A stretch of 64,000 nucleotides of DNA from an uncultured Gemmatimonadales bacterium (GCA_963771275.1 CAVYSW010000010.1:576001-640000), one strand, 5' to 3'. Positions 1-9,394 are shown, numbered from the stretch's first letter. Numbers and translations: made by a program. Notes: a model not told the origin generated them from the letters alone.

Positions 1-962
1 AGCTTGACGCCGGTGGACGAGCTGTGGAGGAACTGCCCGTCACCGACGTACAGCCCGACGTGGCTGATCGCGCTCGTTGCGTCGGCGGAGAAGCCGAGCA
101 GGTCACCCGGGCGGAGCGCGTCCGCCCGGCGCTCGACCGCGGCTCCCATGCGGGCCTGATCGCGGCTGACGCGTGGCAACACGATGCCGTGCTGCCCGTA
201 GGCATATTGGATCAGCCCCGAGCAGTCGAACCCGTTGGCGTCCGTTCCGCCCCACTGGTAGGGCATCCCCATGGCTCCGAGCGCCGTTTCCACGATGCTC
301 GCGGTCACCCGCGCCGCTTCGTCCGACGCACCCGCTGCGACTGCTGCGTGGTAGGCGTCCTCCACGGTGAGGGGGGGGACCGGGCCGGTGGCGGGTGGTG
401 GTGCGGGGCTCCGGGGGCCCGGCGCCGCCTGGTCGCGGCGGCGTCCCGGAATGCTGAACGCGACGCGGGCCTGCACCTGGATGCCTTTGAGATCGGCGGA
501 GTCGAGGTTCCAGAAGCCGGCCACGCGCTGGTCTTCCGCGCGATAGCGCACTTCGACTCCCACGGACGCCCCCGCGAAGATCCGGGCGGCGAGCCCGCCC
601 CCCGCCGTCCAGAAAGCGTCGATGCCGCCGCCGTGGTGCCGAGCGCCCAGTCCGGCGGAAGCCAGCGCATACGGGCCGGATCCGTCGAGGCCGAAGCGCA
701 CGCTCAACTCACCGCCGGAGAGCGTCCGGCTCGCGGCGCTGTCGCCGCCGCCCACGTGGACGAAGTCGAGACCGTAGCCGAACCGACCCCACACTTGCTG
801 ATGCACGCCCGCGTGAAACACGGTGGCCGCCGAGTCGCCACTGGGGAACCACCAGCCGTAGGCGGCTTCGAAGGCCGGGCTCTGGGCGCGCGCGCGCGCG
901 GGGCCCCCCGCGATGACGGCGATGCCTGCCACGCTCCACGCCAGGCTCGATCGTGTGCGCAT
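1..962 (-). CDS. Signal peptide + predicted 8-stranded outer-membrane beta-barrel + Pro-rich linker + NlpC/P60 (C40) peptidase; 3' end runs off the window
   Basis: Translated by hand from ATG at 962 (absent from the ORF track): MRTRSSLAWSVAGIAVIAGGPARARAQ... then MGMPYQWGGTDANGFDCSGLIQYAY...LPRVSRDQ...LRPGDLLGF...SHVGLYVGDGQFLHSS, the NlpC/P60 Cys-His-His pattern. Confidence 0.85.
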   Translation of the reverse strand, partial: MRTRSSLAWSVAGIAVIAGGPARARAQSPAFEAAYGWWFPSGDSAATVFHAGVHQQVWGRFGYGLDFVHVGGGDSAASRTLSGGELSVRFGLDGSGPYALASAGLGARHHGGGIDAFWTAGGGLAARIFAGASVGVEVRYRAEDQRVAGFWNLDSADLKGIQVQARVAFSIPGRRRDQAAPGPRSPAPPPATGPVPPLTVEDAYHAAVAAGASDEAARVTASIVETALGAMGMPYQWGGTDANGFDCSGLIQYAYGQHGIVLPRVSRDQARMGAAVERRADALRPGDLLGFSADATSAISHVGLYVGDGQFLHSSSTGVK

Positions 963-1050
963 GTCGCCAACGGTAGCGAGGGTTCCGGGTCGGGGTCAAC
1001 TCGCCGCCCGTCCCGTGCTTCCCTTCCCCGCCAGGCCCTATATTCTCCCC

Positions 1051-1461
1051 ATGCCTCGCGTCACCGTCACGCGCCGGATCCATTTCAATGCGGCGCATCG
1101 CCTGCACAACCCGCGACTCTCGATCGAGGACAACCGCCGGATCTTCGGGGTGTGCAACAACCCGAACTATCACGGCCACAACTACGAGCTCGACATCTCG
1201 GTCGCCGGCGAGGTGGACCCGGTGACCGGATACGTCGCGGACCTGGGGGAGGTCAAGCGTATTGCCGAAGCGATCGTGGTCGCCGCGCTCGATCACCGCA
1301 ATCTCAACCTCGACGTTGCCGCCTTCGCGGACCTGAATCCCACCGCGGAGAACATCGCGGTCGTCATCTGGGGCATGTTGGAGGGACGGTTGCCGGGCCG
1401 CCTGGTGAAGCTGGTGCTGTGGGAGACGCCGCGGAACTACGTGGAGTACCGGGGGGATTAG
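1051..1461 (+). CDS. queD: 6-pyruvoyl-tetrahydropterin / 6-carboxytetrahydropterin synthase (PTPS/QueD family)
   Basis: FNAAHRL, CNNPNYHGHNY, LDHRNLN, PTAENIA and ETPRN motifs; start moved to ATG 1051, 6 nt after a TATATT box. Confidence 0.85.
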   Translation: MPRVTVTRRIHFNAAHRLHNPRLSIEDNRRIFGVCNNPNYHGHNYELDISVAGEVDPVTGYVADLGEVKRIAEAIVVAALDHRNLNLDVAAFADLNPTAENIAVVIWGMLEGRLPGRLVKLVLWETPRNYVEYRGD

Positions 1462-1464
1462 AGC

Positions 1465-1536
1465 CGTGTAGCGTGTAGCGTGCAGCGTGGGTCGGCCCTT
1501 GCGCTCCACGCTGCCCGCTCCACGCTGCCCGCTACA
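1465..1536. repeat. Inverted heptamer arrays (CGTGTAG-type left arm, CGCTNCA/CGCTGCC right arm) between convergent genes
   Basis: cgtgtag-cgtgtag-cgtgcag at 1465-1485; cgctcca-cgctgcc-cgctcca-cgctgcc-cgctaca at 1502-1536. Confidence 0.75.
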
Positions 1537-2134
1537 TTCCCGGCCACCGCCACCCAAACACCCCCGCCATCAGGCAGCCGTATACCAGCGCGTCGAACAG
1601 GTGTTTCCCGGCCCGCCCCCATCCGCGCTGGAACCAGATGGTATCCGGGAGGATCCCGAAGCCGTAGGCCGCGAAGGCGATGGTCCCGACGACGCGGAAC
1701 ACGGCGAGGTAGTTCGATCCGGCGGGGACGGTCCGGCTGGCGACGTACGCCACGAAGAACGCCACCACGAGGTTGAACGCGAACGACAGCACCATGGGTC
1801 GCGCCATGTTGCGAATGGCGTCGGCCGTGGTTACGGTGAGCACGCAGACCGGCCCGGCCTCCAGCTTCTTCTGGAATTCCGGGTCTTTCATCCGGTCCGG
1901 TGAGCCGGCGTGGGGGAAGAAGTAGTGGCCGGGCATCACGCCCGCCGCCCTCAGGGCGGCGAGCACCCGGTCTTCGTCGGGCATCGGCGCGAACTCGTTC
2001 TTGTGGTGCGGGCTCACCGTCCAAAACAGCGCGCTGGCAATCCACGCGAGCACGGCGGCGAGCAGGATGGGGAGCCAGAGGCTGGACAGCGAAACGTACG
2101 GCGCCGCGACGGCGGCGATTGCTGCGGTCGTCAT
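1532..2134 (-). CDS. Hypothetical integral membrane protein (about 4 TM segments)
   Basis: Hydrophobic segments LWLPILLAAVLAWIASALFW, MVLSFAFNLVVAFFVAYVA, VFRVVGTIAFAAYGFG and ALVYGCLMAGVFGW; GGAG SD upstream. Confidence 0.75.
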   Translation of the reverse strand: MTTAAIAAVAAPYVSLSSLWLPILLAAVLAWIASALFWTVSPHHKNEFAPMPDEDRVLAALRAAGVMPGHYFFPHAGSPDRMKDPEFQKKLEAGPVCVLTVTTADAIRNMARPMVLSFAFNLVVAFFVAYVASRTVPAGSNYLAVFRVVGTIAFAAYGFGILPDTIWFQRGWGRAGKHLFDALVYGCLMAGVFGWRWPGM

Positions 2135-2203
2135 GGTGTGCTCCGGAGCTGGGGGGTCGGGGCGTCAAGGTAGGCCCTCGACCCCCAGCCGTCCAGAGCG
2201 CGT

Positions 2204-3133
2204 CTACAGTTTCACGGCATCCATCGTCTTCTTGACCGAATCCGCTGATTTCTTGAGCGCCGCCTGCTCATCCGCGCTCAACTGTACCTGGACGATCCCC
2301 TCGAGGCCCGCCGCGCCCAGCTTGCAGGGGACCCCCAGGTAGACGCCGGCGATGCCGTACTCCCCGTTGAGCCAGGCGGAGCACGGGAGCAGCCGCTTCT
2401 TGTCCTTCACGATCGCCTCGGCCATCTGTGCCGCTCCGGAGGACGGGGCGTAGTACGCCGACCCGGTCTTGAGGTGCGCCACGATCTCGGCGCCGCCGTT
2501 GCGGGTCCGCTCGACGATCTTGTCGAGCGCGGGCCGGTCGATCAATTGGGTGACGGGGATCCCGGACACCGTCGTGTAGGAGATCAACGGCACCATGGTG
2601 TCGCCGTGTCCGCCGAGCACCATCGCCTGGATGTCCTCGACGGACAGATGCAGCGCCTCGCTGAGGAACATGCGATAGCGCGCCGTATCGAGGATGCCGG
2701 CCATGCCGAACACCCGCTCGCGCGGGAAGCCGGTGACTTCCTTGGCGACCCAGCACATCACGTCGAGCGGGTTGGAAATGACGACGACGATCGCCTTGGG
2801 AGCGATCCGCTTGATCTCCTGGCCCACCGCCTTCACGATGTCGGCGTTGGTCCGGACCAGGTCGTCGCGGCTCATCCCCGGCTTGCGGGCGATGCCGGCC
2901 GTGACGAGGAACATCTCACTGTTCGCGGCCAGGGCGTAGTCGTTGGTCCCGACGATCTTGGTGTCGAAGCCCTCGACCGGGCCCGACTGCCATTGGTCCA
3001 GTCCCTTGCCCTGGGGGATGCCCTCGAGGATGTCGACGAGGACGACCTCGCGAGCCAGCTCTTGCTCGGCCACGCGCTGGGCGAGTGTCGCCCCCACGTG
3101 TCCGGCGCCAACTACGGTGATCTTCTTCATCAT
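2204..3133 (-). CDS. mdh: Malate dehydrogenase (LDH-like)
   Basis: KITVVGAGHVG, TAGIARKPGMSRDDL, SNPLD, LDTAR, GGHGD and GSAYYAP motifs. Confidence 0.95.
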   Translation of the reverse strand: MMKKITVVGAGHVGATLAQRVAEQELAREVVLVDILEGIPQGKGLDQWQSGPVEGFDTKIVGTNDYALAANSEMFLVTAGIARKPGMSRDDLVRTNADIVKAVGQEIKRIAPKAIVVVISNPLDVMCWVAKEVTGFPRERVFGMAGILDTARYRMFLSEALHLSVEDIQAMVLGGHGDTMVPLISYTTVSGIPVTQLIDRPALDKIVERTRNGGAEIVAHLKTGSAYYAPSSGAAQMAEAIVKDKKRLLPCSAWLNGEYGIAGVYLGVPCKLGAAGLEGIVQVQLSADEQAALKKSADSVKKTMDAVKL

Positions 3134-3163
3134 GGCAGGACCCACATTGTTGGATAGTGAGGG

Positions 3164-3643
3164 TTAGGCGCCCGCGTGTCCCTCCTCGAGGGCCACATCG
3201 AGCCGACGGATCGCCTCGTATGTGACGATGGCGACCGCCGTGGCGAGGTTGAGGCTGCGCACGGCCGGCGTCATGGGAATGCGGTACACACGCTCCGCGT
3301 GCTTCTCGCGGATGCGGTCGGGCATCCCATTGGATTCGCTGCCGAACACCAGGACGGAGTTCGGGGCGAACGGGGCGTCGAGATACGACAACCGCCCGTG
3401 CGAGGAAAAGTAGAGGCAGCGGTCGCGGGCGACGGCCTCCCGAAACGCGCGCCAATGTGGGTGGATCCAGAGATCCACCTCGGACCAGTAGTCGAGACCG
3501 GCGCGCCGCAGCTGGTCGTCGTCCAGCGAGAACCCGAGCGGCTCGATCAGGTGGAGTGTGCTCGTGGTGGCCGCGCACAGTCGAGCGATGTTCCCGGTGT
3601 TCGGGGGAATCTGCGGCTCGATGAGGGCGATGCCGAGGGCCAC
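3164..3643 (-). CDS. trmL: tRNA (cytidine/uridine-34-2'-O)-methyltransferase, SPOUT family
   Basis: EPQIPPNTGNIARLC, RRAGLDYW, VFGSES and RSLNLA motifs; GTG start just after the moaE stop. Confidence 0.92.
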   Translation of the reverse strand: MALGIALIEPQIPPNTGNIARLCAATTSTLHLIEPLGFSLDDDQLRRAGLDYWSEVDLWIHPHWRAFREAVARDRCLYFSSHGRLSYLDAPFAPNSVLVFGSESNGMPDRIREKHAERVYRIPMTPAVRSLNLATAVAIVTYEAIRRLDVALEEGHAGA

Positions 3644-3645
3644 GC

Positions 3646-4095
3646 TCAGGGGCCTCCGGCGGGCGCGTCGCTGGCGACGCGGCCTCCCGCGTTGTCCCGC
3701 CAATGCGACGTCCCGTCGTCGCAGATCTCCCGCTTCCAGACCGGGAGGCGGCGCTTCGCCTCCTCGACGACGTGGCGGCAGGCCTCGAACGCGTGGGCGC
3801 GGTGGGGGGCCGCGACCGCCACCGCCATGCTGGCTTCGCCCGTCGCGACGATGCCCAGCCGATGCTGCGCGGCAACGCGTGCGTCGGGCCATCGCTCGAG
3901 GGCCTCGGTCACGATGCGCGCGAACTCCGCTTCGAGCATCGGTTCGTGGGCGGAGTACTCGATCCGGCTGACCGGACCGTCCTCAGGACCGCGCCGGACC
4001 GACCCCACGAAGACCGCCGTCCCGCCGCGCGTTGGACCCGCGACGTCGGCGATCAGGGCGTCGACTCGGATCGGCTGGCGCGTCGCATAGGGCAC
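3646..4095 (-). CDS. moaE: Molybdopterin synthase catalytic subunit
   Basis: GGTAVFVGSVR, HRLG, APHRAHAFEAC and LPVWKRE motifs; adjacent to moaD. Confidence 0.92.
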   Translation of the reverse strand: MPYATRQPIRVDALIADVAGPTRGGTAVFVGSVRRGPEDGPVSRIEYSAHEPMLEAEFARIVTEALERWPDARVAAQHRLGIVATGEASMAVAVAAPHRAHAFEACRHVVEEAKRRLPVWKREICDDGTSHWRDNAGGRVASDAPAGGP

Positions 4096-4096
4096 G

Positions 4097-4351
4097 TCAA
4101 CCTCCGGCGAGCGGCGGGAGCAGCGCCAGCTCGTCGCCGTCCCGGAGCGGCGTCCCCGGTGGGACGTGCTGGTGGTTGAGCGCGACGAGTGGCGTCGCCG
4201 GGAGTGCCGCGGCTCCGCGCACGGCCCTACGCAGCGCCGTGACAGCATCGGACACGACAGCACCCGGCGGGACCTCGACGGTCACCTCATCGCTGCCCAC
4301 CAGCTCGGCGTAGCGCGCGAACAGCCGGCACCGGACGCGAAGCGCTGCCAT
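4097..4351 (-). CDS. moaD: Molybdopterin synthase sulfur carrier
   Basis: Ubiquitin-like pattern (LFARYAE) with C-terminal DGDELALLPPLAGG. Confidence 0.92.
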   Translation of the reverse strand: MAALRVRCRLFARYAELVGSDEVTVEVPPGAVVSDAVTALRRAVRGAAALPATPLVALNHQHVPPGTPLRDGDELALLPPLAGG

Positions 4352-4379
4352 GGAGGGAAAAGCTACCCACGCGGTCACC

Positions 4380-4413
4380 GAAACGAAAACACCCCGGCGG
4401 GAGCCGGGGTGTT
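4380..4413 (-). terminator. Intrinsic terminator after the HU/IHF gene
   Basis: 11-bp stem aacaccccggc/gccggggtgtt (4388-4413) followed on the minus strand by TTCGTTTC. Confidence 0.85.
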
Positions 4414-4436
4414 GCCAAATCAGCGTTGCGGCCGCG

Positions 4437-4763
4437 TCAGAGGGTTTCGGTGCCGGCCGCCGCCGACCCCGGTTCGGCGACCATCAGCCGCAGCTCCTTC
4501 GAGGGCTTGAACACCGGCACCGGCCGGGCGGCGACTTCCACCGGATCCCCGGTTCGGGGGTTGCGCGCCATGCGTGTCTTGCGCCGCCGGATCTTGAACG
4601 TGCCGAAGCCACGAACCTCGATGTTGTGCTGCTCGGCAAGGGCCTCCTTGACAGCATCGAGGAACGCATCCACGACCCGCGCACAGTCCTTCTTGGAGAT
4701 CATCGGGCCCGCCGTTCGGGCGATCTGGGCTGTCACCCTCTCGACGAGATCGGCTTTCGTCAT
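4437..4763 (-). CDS. HU / integration host factor family nucleoid protein
   Basis: MTKADLVE, IEVRGFGTF, ARNPRTG and FKPSKEL motifs. Confidence 0.93.
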   Translation of the reverse strand: MTKADLVERVTAQIARTAGPMISKKDCARVVDAFLDAVKEALAEQHNIEVRGFGTFKIRRRKTRMARNPRTGDPVEVAARPVPVFKPSKELRLMVAEPGSAAAGTETL

Positions 4764-4832
4764 TGATCCCCCCTCGAATGGGCACTGAACCGGCGGATTC
4801 CTCCCCGCAGGCCGGCTCAGCGCCGGGGGGTC

Positions 4833-4861
4833 AACATAGGAGCTTACCTATTGACTGTCAA
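4833..4861 (-). promoter_or_regulatory. Sigma70-type promoter for the HU/IHF gene, overlapping the carA 3' end
   Basis: TTGACA (4861-4856) - 17 nt - TATGTT (4838-4833) on the minus strand. Confidence 0.8.
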
Positions 4862-5960
4862 GAGCTTGGACGAATTGACGGAAGTGACCTCTCGCGTCGT
4901 GTGGCCCCGGAGAGGCCTCGGGATGGTACTGCACGGCAACAACCGGCAGCTCTCGGTGTCGCAGTCCTTCGACGGTGCCGTCATTGAGGTTAAGGTGCGT
5001 AACCTCAAGTGCTGTGGCACCTGGGACCTCCTTACTGCTTCCCGTTACTGCAAATCCGTGGTTTTGGCTGGTGATCAGAACACGCCCGTCCGACATCTCG
5101 CGCACTGGGTGGTTGCCCCCTCGGTGGCCGTAGGGGAGCTTCTCCGTCCGCGCGCCGAACGCGAGTCCGATGAGCTGATGGCCAAGGCAAATCCCGAACA
5201 TCGGCAGCCCACGCTCGGCAAGCCGTCGGATTGCCGGGAGCACGTACCCTACCGCCGCCGGGTCACCAGGGCCGTTCGAGAGAAACACCCCCGCCGGCTC
5301 GAGCTCGAGCACCCGTTCGGCAGGCGTCCGGGACGGCACGATCGTCACGCGGCAGCCGAACTCCTGGAAGATGCGCAGGATGTTCGCCTTCATCCCGAAG
5401 TCGTAGGCCACGACATGCCGCCCCGCGTTTTCTGCCCCGACGCGCCGCTCGGTCGCCGTGGTCGCGAGCGAAGCGAGATCGAGTCCCTCCATCCGGGGGC
5501 TCGCCGCGAGGCGCTCGCGCGCTGCCTCGTCGGGCGCACCGCCCGCGGCGAGGATGGCCCGCATCGCGCCCTGGGAGCGGATATGGCGCGTGAGCCGGCG
5601 CGTGTCGACCCCCTCGAGCAGCGGAATCCCGCGCTCCGCGAGCCACACGTCGAGCGCCCCCGTGGCCCGCCAGTTGGAATACGACTCCGACAGCTCCCGC
5701 ACCACCACCCCGCTCACCTGCGGCTTGTCGGACTCCAGGTCCTCGGCGTTGATGCCGTAGTTGCCGATCATCGGTGCCGTCATGGCGACGATCTGCCCGA
5801 GGTACGACGGGTCGGTGAAGACCTCCTGGTAGCCGGTCAAGTTGGTCGTGAAGACCGCTTCGCCGGTAGTCGGCGAAAGCGGACGGCGCGTGGTTCCGGG
5901 GAACCACGCGCCGTCTTCCAGCAGGAGGTACGCGGGGCGCAGCGGGCTGCCCTCCGTCAC
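4848..5960 (-). CDS. carA: Carbamoyl-phosphate synthase small subunit
   Basis: [32 protein letters not shown] and QYHPE motifs; GTG overlaps the secG stop. Confidence 0.95.
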   Translation of the reverse strand: MTEGSPLRPAYLLLEDGAWFPGTTRRPLSPTTGEAVFTTNLTGYQEVFTDPSYLGQIVAMTAPMIGNYGINAEDLESDKPQVSGVVVRELSESYSNWRATGALDVWLAERGIPLLEGVDTRRLTRHIRSQGAMRAILAAGGAPDEAARERLAASPRMEGLDLASLATTATERRVGAENAGRHVVAYDFGMKANILRIFQEFGCRVTIVPSRTPAERVLELEPAGVFLSNGPGDPAAVGYVLPAIRRLAERGLPMFGICLGHQLIGLAFGARTEKLPYGHRGGNHPVREMSDGRVLITSQNHGFAVTGSSKEVPGATALEVTHLNLNDGTVEGLRHRELPVVAVQYHPEASPGPHDARGHFRQFVQALDSQ

Positions 5961-6343
5961 TTCCCGGGCGGGGTGGTCGGCGCAGGCTGCGGCTGCGTGC
6001 CCGACGGAGTCGCCTCGCCTGCCGGCGCGGGCTCCATGTCGAGCGGCAGCGGCGCCGCCTGCACCGGCGCCGGCGCGGACAGCTGACCCTCGAGCACGGA
6101 CCGGGGCGATGCGCCCCGGGACGACATCGCCGCGAGCAGGAGCGAGAGCCCGAGGAAGATTCCGCCGGTCCACCAGGACAGCTTGGTCAGCAGGGTGACT
6201 GCCTGACGCCCGCCGAGAAAGGACTCGGTGGAGGCGCCTCCGCCCATCGCGGCGAGCCCGCCGCCCTTGCCCGATTGGAGCAGGACGACGGTCATCAGGA
6301 TGGCGGCGTCGATGACCAGCACCACGATCAGGAATGTGAACAT
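5957..6343 (-). CDS. secG: Preprotein translocase subunit SecG
   Basis: [14 protein letters not shown]...-LTKLSWW-TM; usual position after tpiA. Confidence 0.92.
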   Translation of the reverse strand: MFTFLIVVLVIDAAILMTVVLLQSGKGGGLAAMGGGASTESFLGGRQAVTLLTKLSWWTGGIFLGLSLLLAAMSSRGASPRSVLEGQLSAPAPVQAAPLPLDMEPAPAGEATPSGTQPQPAPTTPPGK

Positions 6344-6364
6344 GTGACCCCTCTTCGAGGCCGC

Positions 6365-6393
6365 AAGATACCCGGGCCCGGGAACCCGGTCAA
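6365..6393 (-). promoter_or_regulatory. Sigma70-type internal promoter for secG-carA
   Basis: TTGACC (6393-6388) - 17 nt - TATCTT (6370-6365). Confidence 0.7.
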
Positions 6394-7142
6394 TCGCGGC
6401 GCGCGCGGACGATCGCGCTCCAGGAGTCGGGATCCAGCGAGGCGCCGCCGACCAGCACGCCGTCGATCTCGGCCTCCGCGACGAGGGCCGCCGCGTTGTC
6501 GGGCTTGACGCTCCCGCCATAGAGAATCCACGTCTCTGCGGCCGGCGCGCCGAGCTCGCGGAGCTGGCGGCGGATGGCGGCGTGCACCTGGGCTGCGTCT
6601 TCCGGCGTGGCGTTGCGGCCGGTGCCGATCGCCCACACGGGCTCGTACGCGATGTACACCTTCGACAAGCTCTCTGCGGGAAGGCCCTCGAGCACGGACA
6701 CCTGGCGGTGCACCACGGCGAGGGTCTCGCCCCGCTCCCGCTCGGCGAGGGTTTCGCCCACGCACAGCACCGGCGCGAGCGCACCGGCGAGCACCGCGCG
6801 GACCTTGCGGCCGGTCTCGGCGTCGGTTTCGGCGAACACGTGGCGGCGTTCCGAGTGACCCACCAGTGCGGCGGTGGCGCCCGCCTCGCGGGCCATCGCG
6901 ACGCTGGTCTCGCCGGTGAATGCCCCCTTCCCTTCCCAATGCACGTGCTGGATCCCCACGCGCAGGCCGGCACGATCGCGCACCGCTGCGGCGACGGTGG
7001 CCACCGACACGGCGGGCGCGAAGAACCAGACCTCCCGGTCGGCGGCGGGGCGATACCCCGCGAGGAACCGGTCGAGGAATCGGCCGGCGCCCTCGGGCCC
7101 GAGATGCATTTTCCAGTTGCCCGCGAAGATGAGCGGCTTCAT
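6390..7142 (-). CDS. tpiA: Triosephosphate isomerase
   Basis: AGNWKM, GAFTGE, GHSERR, AYEPVWAIGTG and LYGGSV motifs. Confidence 0.97.
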   Translation of the reverse strand: MKPLIFAGNWKMHLGPEGAGRFLDRFLAGYRPAADREVWFFAPAVSVATVAAAVRDRAGLRVGIQHVHWEGKGAFTGETSVAMAREAGATAALVGHSERRHVFAETDAETGRKVRAVLAGALAPVLCVGETLAERERGETLAVVHRQVSVLEGLPAESLSKVYIAYEPVWAIGTGRNATPEDAAQVHAAIRRQLRELGAPAAETWILYGGSVKPDNAAALVAEAEIDGVLVGGASLDPDSWSAIVRARRD

Positions 7143-8332
7143 TGGTCGTCGAGCGCCGCGACGCCCGGCAGGGTCTTCCCTTCGAGGAACTCGAGCGACG
7201 CGCCGCCGCCGGTCGAGACGTGGCTCACCTTGTCGCTCAGTCCCGCCTGCGCCACGGCGGCGGCCGAGTCACCGCCCCCGACGACCGTGACCGCTCCGTG
7301 CGCCGTTGCCTCGGCCAGGGCCGCCGCCACCGCGCGCGTCCCGGCGTCGAACGGCGGCGTCTCGAACACCCCCATCGGTCCGTTCCAGACGATTGTCCGG
7401 GCGGCGAGGATGCGCGCGCGGAATTCCGCAGCGGTTGCCGGGTCGATATCGTAGACGGCCCAGCCGGGCGTGATCGCGTCGCGTGCGACGGTGCGGGTCA
7501 CGGCGTTGGGCGTGAGCTCCTGGGCCACGACGCCGCCCCCGGGGAGCACGAGCTTCGCGCCGGCCCGCTCCAGCAGCGTGCGGGCCATGTCCACACGGTC
7601 GGGCTCGACCAGCGACCTGCCGACCTCGAGCCCCATCGCCTTGAAGAACGTACAGGCCATCGCGCCGCCGATCAGGATCGCGTCGACCAGAGGGAGGAGG
7701 TGCTCGATGACGTCGATCTTGCCCGAGATCTTTGCGCCGCCGAGCACGGCGACGAACGGCCGTTTCGGCGTGGCGAGCGCCGCGCCGAGATATGCCAGCT
7801 CCTTCGCCATCAGGAAGCCGGCGACGGCGGGCTTGAGCAGATGAGCCACGGCCTCCGTGGAGGCGTGCGCGCGGTGGGCGGACCCGAACGCGTCGTTGAC
7901 GTAGAAGTCGCCGAGCGCGGCGAAGCGCGCCGCCAGGGCCGTGTCGTTGCGTTCCTCGCCGGGGTAGAACCGGGTGTTCTCGCACAGCGCCACCGCGCCG
8001 CGCCGCATCTGCCGTATCGCCTGCTCGGCGGCGGCCGAGGTGGGGTCCTCCAGGAACAGCACCGGCATGCCGAGCACGCTCTCGAGGGTCGCCGCCACGG
8101 GGCGCAACGAGTACTGCGGATCGGGGCCGTGCTTCGGTCGCCCGAAGTGGGAGCACAGTACGACGCGGCATCCGCGGTCCCGCAGCCAGCGGATCGTCGG
8201 GACGGCGGCGTCGATCCTCGTGCGGTCGGTCACCACGCCATCCGTCACCGGCACGTTGAAGTCGACGCGGACGAGCGCCCGCAGGCCTTCCAGCGGCTGG
8301 CCCGCGAGCGCCTCCAGCGTGCGCTTGGGCAT
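7139..8332 (-). CDS. pgk: Phosphoglycerate kinase
   Basis: RVDFNVP, NDAFGSAHRAHAS, LGGAKI, WNGPMGVFE and STGGGASLE motifs. Confidence 0.97.
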   Translation of the reverse strand: MPKRTLEALAGQPLEGLRALVRVDFNVPVTDGVVTDRTRIDAAVPTIRWLRDRGCRVVLCSHFGRPKHGPDPQYSLRPVAATLESVLGMPVLFLEDPTSAAAEQAIRQMRRGAVALCENTRFYPGEERNDTALAARFAALGDFYVNDAFGSAHRAHASTEAVAHLLKPAVAGFLMAKELAYLGAALATPKRPFVAVLGGAKISGKIDVIEHLLPLVDAILIGGAMACTFFKAMGLEVGRSLVEPDRVDMARTLLERAGAKLVLPGGGVVAQELTPNAVTRTVARDAITPGWAVYDIDPATAAEFRARILAARTIVWNGPMGVFETPPFDAGTRAVAAALAEATAHGAVTVVGGGDSAAAVAQAGLSDKVSHVSTGGGASLEFLEGKTLPGVAALDDQ

Positions 8333-9339
8333 CAGAATCTCTGGGCCATGTAATCGAGCAGGTCCACGCAGCGCGCCGAGTACCCCATCTCGTTGTCGTA
8401 CCAGGACGACACGTGCACCAGCGTGCCGTCGATCACGTTGGTGCTGGCGGCATCCACGGTGCTCGAGTGGAGGTCGCCATTGAAGTCACAGGAGACCAGC
8501 GGCTCGTCGCACACGGCCAGAATCCCCTTGAGGGGCCCGGCGGCCGCCTGGCGGAACGCCGCGTTAACGTCCTCGATCGTCGTCGCCTTCGCCACGATGC
8601 AGCTCAGATCCACCAGCGAGACGTTCGGCGTCGGGACCCGGAGGGAGACGCCGTCGAGCTTGCCCTTCACCTCCGGGATCACGAGGCTGGTCGCCTTGGC
8701 GGCGCCCGTCGTGGTGGGGATGATGTTGAGCGCCGCGGCGCGGGCTCGCCGCAGGTCCTTGTGCGGCAGGTCGAGGATCCGCTGATCGTTGGTGTAGCTG
8801 TGGATCGTCGTCATGAAGCCGCGCTCGAAGCCGAACGCATCGCGCACCACCTTCACCACCGGCACGAGGCAGTTGGTCGTGCACGAGGCGTTGGAGATCA
8901 CGTGGTGCTTGGCCGGGTCGTACGCGGCGTGGTTGACGCCGAACACGATGGTGATGTCCTCCTTCTTGCCCGGCGCGCTGATCAGCACCTTCCTGGCCCC
9001 TGCCGTCAGGTGGGCGGCGGCCTTGTCACGGTCCGTGAACAGCCCGGTGGATTCGAGTACGACGTCCACCTTGAGCTCCTTCCACGGGAGCTTGGCCGGG
9101 TCCTTCTCGGCGAGCACGCGGAGCGTGCGGCCGGCGACGTGGAGCGCGCCCGGCTCGGCGGTCACGTCGCCGGGATACCGGCCGTGGACCGAGTCGTACT
9201 TCAGCAGGTGGGCGAGCGTCGCCGCGTCGGTCACGTCGTTGAGGGCGACGACCTCGAGATCGGTCTGGCGCTTGGCCAGGACGCGCAGCACGTTGCGCCC
9301 GATCCGGCCGAATCCGTTGATGGCGATGCGTACCGGCAT
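8332..9339 (-). CDS. gap: Glyceraldehyde-3-phosphate dehydrogenase type I
   Basis: [18 protein letters not shown] and WYDNE motifs; ATG 9339 with GGAGG SD. Confidence 0.97.
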   Translation of the reverse strand: MPVRIAINGFGRIGRNVLRVLAKRQTDLEVVALNDVTDAATLAHLLKYDSVHGRYPGDVTAEPGALHVAGRTLRVLAEKDPAKLPWKELKVDVVLESTGLFTDRDKAAAHLTAGARKVLISAPGKKEDITIVFGVNHAAYDPAKHHVISNASCTTNCLVPVVKVVRDAFGFERGFMTTIHSYTNDQRILDLPHKDLRRARAAALNIIPTTTGAAKATSLVIPEVKGKLDGVSLRVPTPNVSLVDLSCIVAKATTIEDVNAAFRQAAAGPLKGILAVCDEPLVSCDFNGDLHSSTVDAASTNVIDGTLVHVSSWYDNEMGYSARCVDLLDYMAQRF

Positions 9340-9394
9340 ATCCTCCCCGCTTTCGAGTCTGTCGGCGGCGCGCTGCGGAGAGCCCCGAACGGGC

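Noticed and set aside
24..1478. 484-aa plus-strand ORF, and many other long ORFs in the track (e.g. 9563-11290, 11818-14130, 20895-22826, 47513-49357)
   Set aside because: Antisense or off-frame shadows of real genes in high-GC DNA; Arg/Pro/Gly-rich translations with no motifs
4848..5960. carA without carB (and ispD without ispF) as pathway loss
   Set aside because: Both genes are intact and partners are often encoded elsewhere; cannot be judged from one window
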